The translations under genes were made by a program, and so were the position numbers. 64,000 nucleotides of DNA, taken from positions 6,432-70,431 of IMG/VR virus record IMGVR_UViG_3300042731_002249; one strand, 5' to 3'. The stretch is from a virus. Under the pieces are notes generated by a model. The model saw nothing but the letters and a program-made list of their open reading frames with translations. It had not been told where the DNA came from and did not search any database. Shown in pieces: positions 9,577 through 17,900 of the stretch. The first letter of the stretch is position 1, and every line of letters begins with the position of its first letter.

Positions 9577-10439
9577 GTGTTAGTTCATTTCCTCACGGGA
9601 TCATGGCGGCTGCTGGCGCAGGAGGCGGCGCTGCTACAGTTAGTCTAAACACAACCAACATCTCAAGGCAAAGCGCGATCAGCACGACTTATGCCAACTT
9701 GCAATACAACTCCAGCGGAGAAGAGTTTACTAACAGCAGTTACACGGACAACTTCAACACCAGTCGTGGTGACTGGCTTGATTCTGGCAGTGCGTCAAAT
9801 GTTTGGCTGGAGCGAACAATCAACAGCGGCTCGTTGTTTTCTGATCCCGGCAGTGGGCGATTAAACATGGCGACAACCCGATCCTTCAAGGTTCGTGATA
9901 CCAATATCGGATCGGGTAGCGTATCTGCCAATTTGGACATTGAGATGTGGGATGCTGCATCTGGCGGCAGTACACTTGATAGTGTTGCTGGCCTGACCTT
10001 GACTGCTAACTATTTTGATCCGTGTCCACTTTGCTGTTTCCCGCCAGAAACGATGATATGGATGGGAGATGAGACGCATAAGCCTATTGGCAAGATTAAG
10101 GCTGGTGAGACCATTCGGCTTCAGAATTGTTTAGAAAAGGTTGGCGAAGTCATCGTGCGCGAGAACAGACCAATGGCCAAACTCAGGTTTGCTGATGACC
10201 GTGAGCTTATTCTGTCGGTCGATCACCCGATCTACGTGAAAGGGAAAGGCATGGCAGCGATCAACACAGAGACTCACTACAAGGGTGATCTGGCGAAGGA
10301 GCTTGAAGTTGGTGACTATGGTCTGACGGAATCAGGCTTGCTCATCAAGCTGGTGTCCATTGAGACCTACGACTACCCCGGCAAGGTTTATACGTTTAGC
10401 AACTCGCGGTTTTTTGCGAATGGGATCATGGTGTACTGA
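9573..10439 (+). CDS. Putative tail-tip protein with a C-terminal Hint (intein-like) domain
   Basis: ATGA overlap gives start 9573. CFPPETMIWMGD (block A), LSVDHPIYV (block B His) and VYTFS..FFANGIMVY (blocks F/G) are Hint signatures. Confidence 0.8.
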   Translation: MSVSSFPHGIMAAAGAGGGAATVSLNTTNISRQSAISTTYANLQYNSSGEEFTNSSYTDNFNTSRGDWLDSGSASNVWLERTINSGSLFSDPGSGRLNMATTRSFKVRDTNIGSGSVSANLDIEMWDAASGGSTLDSVAGLTLTANYFDPCPLCCFPPETMIWMGDETHKPIGKIKAGETIRLQNCLEKVGEVIVRENRPMAKLRFADDRELILSVDHPIYVKGKGMAAINTETHYKGDLAKELEVGDYGLTESGLLIKLVSIETYDYPGKVYTFSNSRFFANGIMVY

Positions 10440-10639
10440 TGCCGCAGATAATCATTGATCGGCAAAGGTTGGATTCTGGCGATCCACCGGTTGTCGTCAT
10501 TACCGCAAACAAAGTTGAGTATGCCAATGAAGTTGTAATCGAAGGCACGTGCCGGATCACTGGCGTTGCTGCTGGCAAGCCGCAAATTGGCAGCGCAAGA
10601 GTTTGGATCGAAACCGACTCGGCGGTGAAGTGCTTATGA
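10439..10639 (+). CDS. Hypothetical protein (66 aa)
   Basis: Translationally coupled at both ends; ARVWIET motif. Confidence 0.6.
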   Translation: MPQIIIDRQRLDSGDPPVVVITANKVEYANEVVIEGTCRITGVAAGKPQIGSARVWIETDSAVKCL

Positions 10640-11241
10640 GCATCATGCACGCATCATCCACGGTTGCTAATGCTGCTGGAGCAGTCGGATTTAGCCCAAC
10701 CATTTTCGGCAGGATAAATGCGAATGGTTTGGTTGCTGAAGGCCGTGATCAGGAATTTGCTGTCGGCGCTCCCGGCCCGAATGCTTCATGCGACGTTGCT
10801 ATCTGGGTCATCCAGACATCGGATAACTGCTACATTCGAGTCGGCATCAATGACGATCCTAATCTTGTAAACACTTGGTACAACACAAGTGGCACATCAC
10901 AAGGTGATCCGGGCAATACCAATACCACAGGCGCGACCGTCTACGAGCTTGGTGAGCAGTGCGACACTGTTACGATTGATCACACTGAGACCACAGATTC
11001 TGGAAGCCCAACTTTTACAAACCCACCCAGCGGCGGCACATACACCGACAACTCGTCCTTCAGTCCGACAACGGATACCAAGTACGGCAGGGAGATTCAG
11101 GTGCTGGACGTGTCTTCGACCAGCCTGCTTGCCGAAGAAGGAACTTGCACGTTCGCGGTCACGTTTGCCAAGACTGGCTACGACAACGCTACCGTTACTT
11201 TTTCAATCAAAGCGAGAGCGCTCGCAAACTGGGAACCATAG
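10636..11241 (+). CDS. Putative tail-tip/adhesin protein
   Basis: ATGA overlap gives start 10636 (MSIMHASSTVANAAG); T/S/G-rich beta composition; N-terminus resembles that of the 9573 gene. Confidence 0.6.
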   Translation: MSIMHASSTVANAAGAVGFSPTIFGRINANGLVAEGRDQEFAVGAPGPNASCDVAIWVIQTSDNCYIRVGINDDPNLVNTWYNTSGTSQGDPGNTNTTGATVYELGEQCDTVTIDHTETTDSGSPTFTNPPSGGTYTDNSSFSPTTDTKYGREIQVLDVSSTSLLAEEGTCTFAVTFAKTGYDNATVTFSIKARALANWEP

Positions 11242-11250
11242 GAGAAAACC

Positions 11251-11424
11251 ATGGATATGTTGATGCAGGAATACGCTGGAATGCCACTGTTGGGTTGGGC
11301 TGCGCTGGGGGCATTCGTCCTCTTCGTGGGCTACCGGATTTACAAATCGAAGAGTCGTAAGCGTGGTGGCACTGGCGGCAGCGGTGGCGGCAGCGGTGGA
11401 AACCGCCCGACTCACCACAAGTAG
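11251..11424 (+). CDS. Small single-pass membrane protein (57 aa)
   Basis: AGGAG RBS; MDMLMQEYAGMPLLGWAALGAFVLFVGYRIYKSKSRKRGGTGGSGGGSGGNRPTHHK; absent from the ORF track. Confidence 0.65.
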   Translation: MDMLMQEYAGMPLLGWAALGAFVLFVGYRIYKSKSRKRGGTGGSGGGSGGNRPTHHK

Positions 11425-11433
11425 GAGACGGCT

Positions 11434-11553
11434 ATGTTTATGTTTATACTTGGAATGGTGGCAGGTGGGCTGATTGTGGCCCTCACCCCACCCGAAATCG
11501 AAGACAAGCTACGGGTCTGGATTATCAGCCAGTGGCAAAAAGTCACCAAATAG
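11434..11553 (+). CDS. Small membrane protein (39 aa)
   Basis: AGGAG RBS; MFMFILGMVAGGLIVALTPPEIEDKLRVWIISQWQKVTK; fills the gap before the GNAT gene. Confidence 0.55.
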   Translation: MFMFILGMVAGGLIVALTPPEIEDKLRVWIISQWQKVTK

Positions 11554-11560
11554 GGGTAAA

Positions 11561-12073
11561 ATGACAACTGTAAAGATCAGACCGGCTAAGCCCTTGGACA
11601 CCTCGAATATCGCTCGACTCCTGATCGAGTGCCATGAAGGGGGAAGCGCTTACCCACCCGTTGATCAACCCACCGGAATCCGGTGGATAACACAGACCCT
11701 CACCGAAGGCTTCGTGGTTGTAGCCGATGTGTCTGGCAGGCTGGTGGGTTCACTGGCTCTTACAAACTACCAATTTCCGTGGTCACCCAAGTGGTATTTG
11801 TATTTGGAGTGGCTTTACGTGCAGAGGAAGTTTCGTAAGGGTGGAGCGTTCGAGGCGCTGTTGACAGCTGCTCACGCCTACGCTGATGAACACGATGCAC
11901 CTTTGTTGGCCGGTGTGTCAGCTGGGGATGCCAGAGTGCTGCTAAAGGACAGGATGTTCGAGCAGCACGGCTACCAGTACATCGGCGGCGACTTCATCAG
12001 GAGTGAAGCCAGTGGGCAGCAGCAAGTCCAAGAAGAAAACAACCTCGACGTACACGCCACCAGCATGGGTTGA
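11561..12073 (+). CDS. GNAT-family acyltransferase (T7 gp13-like position)
   Basis: KIRPA at the N-terminus, WLYVQRKFRKGG motif A, FEQHGYQYIGG motif B; GGGG RBS before ATG 11561. Confidence 0.85.
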   Translation: MTTVKIRPAKPLDTSNIARLLIECHEGGSAYPPVDQPTGIRWITQTLTEGFVVVADVSGRLVGSLALTNYQFPWSPKWYLYLEWLYVQRKFRKGGAFEALLTAAHAYADEHDAPLLAGVSAGDARVLLKDRMFEQHGYQYIGGDFIRSEASGQQQVQEENNLDVHATSMG

Positions 12074-13067
12074 GGACGCTTCTCGGCAAGCCATTGGTAT
12101 CGGTCGAAGCATCGGTAACCAACAGTTTAGGGCATTCGGTGGAGAGCGGGTCGCAGGGCTTTCCGAAAACGAGCGCATGGGTATGCAGATGGCCCGTGAC
12201 TCTGTTGGTGTGGGCGACCCCTACTTCGACAAATCAGCCATGTACGCTGACCGAGGTGCGCAGTCATGGACTGATGCCGACCAGTCCAAGTTCATCAATC
12301 CCTACATCAAGGGCGCACTCGATCCTGCCGCCCGTGAAATCCGAGAACAGGGGCAACGTGCCCTGACAGATGTAACTGACCGAGCTGCGTCGATGGACGC
12401 ATTCAGCGGTAGACGTTCCCAGCTCGCGCAGGCCGACATCCAAGAAAAGACCATGCAGGAGCTGGGCGACATGTATGGCGAAGGCTATGCACGTGCCTAC
12501 GAGTGGGGCGCTCAGATGTTTGGTCAGGAACGGGCGCGTGACATGGAAGCAGCTGGTCGCTTCGCCCAGCTTGGTGGGCTGAAGATCGACGCTGCCCAGA
12601 CCGACATCTCCACCCTGATGACCACTGGCGCAACCGACCGATCAATCCAGCAGGCAATGCGTGACTTCGACTGGCAGCAGTTTGTCGAAGAGCGCGACTG
12701 GGGCTTCCGACAGCTGATGGGCGTGGTCTCTGCACTGGAAGGCAGCAAGGGTTCCTATTCGACCACGCAGACCACCAAAGAGGTGGTGAAGAAAGACAAC
12801 ACGGCTGAGGTGGTCGGCGCTATTGCCCAGATTGTGTCAGCAGCTTATGCAGGCGGCAGTGACGCACGCCTCAAGACCAACATCACTTACATCGGCACAT
12901 ACATGGGCCGCAAGCTCTATGCGTGGACATGGAAGCCGATTGCCTATGCTCTGGGTCTTGCTGGCCCGAACATTGGCATCATCGCTCAGGAGAACCCGGA
13001 TGTCTCGATGCGCGGTTTGCATGGCTTCCTGATGGTCAACTACCGCGCAGCGTTTGGAGATAAATGA
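12012..13067 (+). CDS. Internal virion/ejection (pilot) protein with a C-terminal Peptidase_S74-type autocleaving chaperone domain
   Basis: GGAG 8 nt before GTG 12012 gives MGSSKSKKK; Q/A/G-rich helical body with FINPY; SDARLKTNI...GIIAQE...VNY S74 signature. Confidence 0.75.
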   Translation: MGSSKSKKKTTSTYTPPAWVEDASRQAIGIGRSIGNQQFRAFGGERVAGLSENERMGMQMARDSVGVGDPYFDKSAMYADRGAQSWTDADQSKFINPYIKGALDPAAREIREQGQRALTDVTDRAASMDAFSGRRSQLAQADIQEKTMQELGDMYGEGYARAYEWGAQMFGQERARDMEAAGRFAQLGGLKIDAAQTDISTLMTTGATDRSIQQAMRDFDWQQFVEERDWGFRQLMGVVSALEGSKGSYSTTQTTKEVVKKDNTAEVVGAIAQIVSAAYAGGSDARLKTNITYIGTYMGRKLYAWTWKPIAYALGLAGPNIGIIAQENPDVSMRGLHGFLMVNYRAAFGDK

Positions 13068-13861
13068 TGCCTACGAAAGACCCGATGGCTGGCGCACTCC
13101 CCGCACAGAAAGACCCTCGCTCACCCGCACTTACAGGCCAACCAGAATCGGTAACCGGTCAGGGCGGCATGGGCGCAGCGCTTACCGGCAACATTCCGAA
13201 AACACAGTCAATGGCACCCGCGTCACCCCCTGTAGGTAATGCTGAAGTTGGTGGCGCACCCCTGTCCAGCAACGGAGCAAATGAACAGCAGGGTGGCGCG
13301 GGAGCCAACCCCATGGCCGAACTCGATCTGGTGCAGGACCGGGGCACGCCGGAAGAGTACTGGAAAAAGAACATCAAGAATCTGGGCAGCAAAGACTCGC
13401 TGCGGCTGCTTGGTGATGCCGCTATGGGATCGTCAAGCAGGACCGGCAAGCTGGCGCAGGAAGACCCGGAAGAGGTTCGTCGCATGGGTACGCGCATGAA
13501 CGAGGCGATGGGACTTGGTGACCCTGAGCAGCAGGATGCCATTGTCGAGAGCATGATCTTCAAGCCCATGCAGGACTCGATTCAGTATGAAGTCCAGAAG
13601 GGTGTCATTGACGAAGACGAAGGCGTGATGCGCATGGCCATGGCGATGGCGAATGTGCAAGGCGCGGCAGACGAAGACGAACTGGCCAGCATCCTTGGCG
13701 AAGCTCGTGCCCGTATAAAGGGGATAATTGGCCCGGAAGGAGAGCAGTTTGTTGACTTTGTTCAAGGGGCAAAGGAATTCAATGATGAATTGGAAAGCGG
13801 CAACAAGCTGAAAGATTACAACTCGATGAGACGACCGCGACCTCAGCGGAGGGAACAGTGA
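13064..13861 (+). CDS. Putative internal virion protein
   Basis: Lies in the ejection-protein cluster; coupled start; low-complexity N-terminus and helical C-terminus. Confidence 0.6.
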   Translation: MMPTKDPMAGALPAQKDPRSPALTGQPESVTGQGGMGAALTGNIPKTQSMAPASPPVGNAEVGGAPLSSNGANEQQGGAGANPMAELDLVQDRGTPEEYWKKNIKNLGSKDSLRLLGDAAMGSSSRTGKLAQEDPEEVRRMGTRMNEAMGLGDPEQQDAIVESMIFKPMQDSIQYEVQKGVIDEDEGVMRMAMAMANVQGAADEDELASILGEARARIKGIIGPEGEQFVDFVQGAKEFNDELESGNKLKDYNSMRRPRPQRREQ

Positions 13862-14919
13862 TGGCTATTGGCGCACTTCCAGAAGAAGAGCTTGAGCAGG
13901 GCGGCGCACTGACACCGCAACCGGGTGACGTAGATGTTGGCGCTGGTGCTGACCAGATGGCGGCACTGGAGCTTGCTAAACGGTCTGAAGAGACCGGCAC
14001 CATGATCGAGGACCCAGCGGCGCTGGCTGAGTACAAGCAGAAGCGAGAGCTGGAGCGCAGCGTCGATGAGGCGTTCGCACGCCGCAAGGATTACAACCGC
14101 GATGGCAAGAAGGACAACCTGTGGCAGCGCTTCAAGGGTTGGGGCAGTCGTGCGTGGAACAAAGGCAAAGACGACCCACTGACTCCTGAGCGCGAGGACA
14201 AGACCGAAGAGGTCACCAAGTTCATGGGCGGCATGACCCGGCAGGAGCTGTCGATGTTCCTGTTCGAGTGGGGTGGCCTGATGATGGCGAACTCAGAGAA
14301 GGGTCTTGGCGGTGCCGCTGGTGCCGCTGGTCTCGGTGCGATGCAGGGTCATCAAGGACGGCAAGCGCTGGCACTTTCTACCGAAGGCGAAGCGCAAGAG
14401 CGTGCATTGCGTGAGCGAGAAGTCTCAGCCAAAGAATACGAAACCAAGGTCGGAAAGAATAACGAGTTGCTGGAGCGTATTCGTCAGCCAGATGGTTCGT
14501 TCAGGTGGGAACCTGTAACGGACAAGGACGGCAAAATCATCACAATCAAGGACCCCGGCAACAGGCCGTACCAAGGTCAGGGAGTCTGGGAGCAGTCACA
14601 GTGGCAAGAGCTTGGCTATAGCGATGACATGATCGCTGAGATTCAGCAAGGTGGTCTGTCGCCATCGGCCATGTATGACCGGATGCACGAAGACTTGTTG
14701 CAACAGAAAGCTCGCGCTCAGGAAAAAGAGAAGATGAGTCAGCTGCCGGATAACATGAAGCAGAAGATCGAAAACCTGAACGGCGAGATGGTGCCGATCA
14801 CAACGATCTCGAACAACGAGCTGGCGAAGATTGCAAGAAGAGATGCGGATTTCGCGCTTGGGCAGCGCGGCGCATTAAGGCCGAATGCACCGAAGCGTGG
14901 CGAAGACTATATCCAGTAG
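13858..14919 (+). CDS. Putative internal virion/ejection protein
   Basis: Position; GLGGAAGAAGLG glycine-zipper segment followed by coiled coil. Confidence 0.6.
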   Translation: MMAIGALPEEELEQGGALTPQPGDVDVGAGADQMAALELAKRSEETGTMIEDPAALAEYKQKRELERSVDEAFARRKDYNRDGKKDNLWQRFKGWGSRAWNKGKDDPLTPEREDKTEEVTKFMGGMTRQELSMFLFEWGGLMMANSEKGLGGAAGAAGLGAMQGHQGRQALALSTEGEAQERALREREVSAKEYETKVGKNNELLERIRQPDGSFRWEPVTDKDGKIITIKDPGNRPYQGQGVWEQSQWQELGYSDDMIAEIQQGGLSPSAMYDRMHEDLLQQKARAQEKEKMSQLPDNMKQKIENLNGEMVPITTISNNELAKIARRDADFALGQRGALRPNAPKRGEDYIQ

Positions 14920-14929
14920 AGGATGACAG

Positions 14930-17900
14930 GTGGCAGACTACACCCGCGAACAGCTGGAGGACGCGATTGAGAGAGCGCGTGCCGACAATAACCCTTCGGC
15001 TGTTGCCGAGCTGGAAGACATGCTGTCGAAGCAGCAGGGGGCACTTCCGGCTGACTACGTGCCCGGAAAAAAGACCGCTGAGATAGAGGCTCAGTCTGAC
15101 CCGATTGGCCCAGCCCTTATGGGGCCACCCGCTCCTACCGAGCAGCAACTTGATCAATCTCTTGATGCGCGGCAAAGCCGTGCGCTGGCCGAGCAGAAGG
15201 TAGATTACCGCGACCCGGAACAATACGCGGCGGCGGGTAAACGTCAGCAACAGCGTGAGCGTGAGCTGGCCCAAAGCCAGTACGAGGCAGACATGGAATT
15301 GGCCAGAGACCCGGCCAACCGTCCAAACCGCGCTCAGATGAACGAGTTCATCAAGGACAACACCAACACCCGGTACGGCGCAAGCATGGTCAATTCCATG
15401 CGCCAGCAGATGATCGTTGATCCGAAGACCGGCAAGGTTCGCTGGACAGCGATGGACCCGGAGATGATGGACCGCATTGATGATGCCGGAAAAACAACTT
15501 TTGGTGCCATTGGTCAGCTTGCCTATGGTTCAACGCGAGGTGTCGGTGCTGCGCTGGAGAACAAGGAAGCCGAGATCGCATCTCGGAACGCCTTCCAGAG
15601 TTTTCTGCTGACCAGCGAGAAGGGTCTGCCGAAGTCGGAGCAGGAACGTATTCTTGCTGGGCTTGCCGAGCGATATGGCGAGGACCACCGCTTCGTCAAG
15701 AATCCGGGCGAAGCACCGGCCAACGAGGTCATGAAGCTGCTTCAGCAGAACCCTGATTATGAGCAGGAGCTGGATCGCATTAAGGGTGATGAGTGGTGGG
15801 CAGAGCGCAAGGAGTTCGCCAAGCGACTTGGCAACCGGGCAAGCGCACTGATACCCGGTATGCCGCTGAACATTTTCGGCGCTGATGAAACCATGGGAGC
15901 GCTGACAGGACGAGGCGCATTCGAGGGGATCGAGTACGACGAGGGTGAAGTAGCCCCGGCATACCCCGGCGCATCGATGGACCTGCGCGAGTGGAAAGCA
16001 GAGGCCGAGAGAAGCCCAAGCATCTACGAGCATGTCGTGCTGCCACTGGTAACGCGGCAGTCTGGAAAGACACCGGGGCAGGTGGCCAGCGAGGGTGCTG
16101 ATAACCTGCGCAAGGCGTTCACCACCGAAGAGCAAGAGGCTGAGCGCAAGATGCCCTTGCTCAATCCTGACAAAGAGATCGAAGGGCTGAAGACGTTCTT
16201 TGAGCTGGACACTTACACGAACCCAGAATCAAAGATTGCAAACCCAGAGTCGCTGTTTTTCATGTTCCTTGAAAACCTGCCAGAGATGGCAGGCAGCATG
16301 TTGCTGACTCGTGGCGCTGGTGCCGCTGCTGCACGCAGGGCTGCTGGTGAAAGCTATGGCATGTCGGCCACGGCTATGAATGCGGCTCGTGAGAAAGCAG
16401 CACAGAACGCCGGTATGTTGGTTGGCGGTGCCAGCGAAGGGCTGCTGGTTGCTACGCACCTTGAGAAAGAAACACGCGACATTCTCGCGCAGATTCCTGA
16501 AGAGACGTGGCAGAAGCATCCGCTTTATCAGGCGTACCTCGAAGCTGACATGACCCCAGAAGCTGCCAAGCAGCTGATGATTCAGGACGCTGCCAGTAAA
16601 GCGGCGACCACCGCTCAGGTAATCACCATGCTGACCGGCGCACCGATGAATCGGTTTGCAGCAAAAAGCGCAGCAGGTCGATTGATTCAGGAAAGCCCAG
16701 CAGCACGTCGCACTGTTGGCATGGTTGGTGAGCCGGTGACTGAGGCCGGTCAGGAAGTCATGGAGCTGTTGCAGACTGAGGCGGCAGTTCGTCCTATTGA
16801 TCCTGACAATCCGATCTTTAAGGACCCCAACCGGTACTGGGAAACCGGGCTGTCGGCATTTATTGTTTCAACCCCCATGGGCGCGTATGCAGCGTTGGAG
16901 CCGTCTCAGCCGGAAGGTATTCCCAAAGAGCATGTGGACGCAGCACGTGGTGCCGTCAATTTCAAGAAGGCGACCAACGAGCGCTTCATCTTCGAGGCGA
17001 AGATCACCGACCCAGAATACGTAGCGAACACCTCGCCTAACCAGCGCCTGCAAGACCTGTCGAAGCTGGAGTCGCTGCAACGGGCAGAGGCTCAGGCCAT
17101 CCTCGATGCTGAGCCAGCCATGCGCACGTTCCTCGAAGGGCAGGGAACAAAGACGGCAGAGACTGAGCTAAAGATGCTCAACCGTCTGGTAATGCGTGCC
17201 AACGCGATGAAGAACGACATCGCAGTCGCTGAGTCACGGCGCACGACAGCCGCTGAGATACAGGATGCTGAGCGTCAGGTTCTGACGGACAGGGCTGAGC
17301 TACAACGCAAGGTCAACGAGAACATCATCAAGCTCGAAGACATTGAGCGGATGACCGGTGCCATCGAAACTGTGCAGGACCTTGGTGCAATCAGCGCCGA
17401 GCAAGAAGCTGAATTAGCCAGAGAGGGCTACGCCAGACGCACGAAGGAAGGCAACCTTGTGATCACGCCGAAGGGCAGGCGTGCCACCAAGGAGCTGAAT
17501 CGTCAGGCCCGTGGTTTGCGTAGCCGCATCGAGGGTGGTTACACAGGGCCAGAGCGTCGTGCCGACATGGTGCGCCGCGAAGCTATCGATGCCGGTGGTC
17601 CACAGCAGCGTGAGCAACTGCTGTACAGCGATCCTCTGACCGAAGTGCAGAACCGTCGCGCCTTCAATGAGCGGCAGGAAAACATCGATGTCAAGGGCGA
17701 TCAGGAGCCAGCGCAGATCGAGAACGCGATGCCAGCGGTCGCCAGCGTCGATATTGACTCTCTGAAGTGGGTCAACGACAACATGACCCACGCTGCCGGG
17801 GATCGGCTCATCACGGCTGTCTCAGACGCTCTCAGCGAACAGCAGGGCGTAGAGGTGTATCGCATGGGCGGCGACGAGTTTGCGGTCGCTGGTGCGTCTC

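Noticed and set aside
9573-10439. Mobile self-splicing intein
   Set aside because: No homing endonuclease, no terminal Asn and no C-extein; treated as a Hint autoprocessing domain.
4618-11241. Diversity-generating retroelement acting on the tail fibres
   Set aside because: No reverse transcriptase in the window, and the repeats differ at synonymous positions rather than specifically at adenines.
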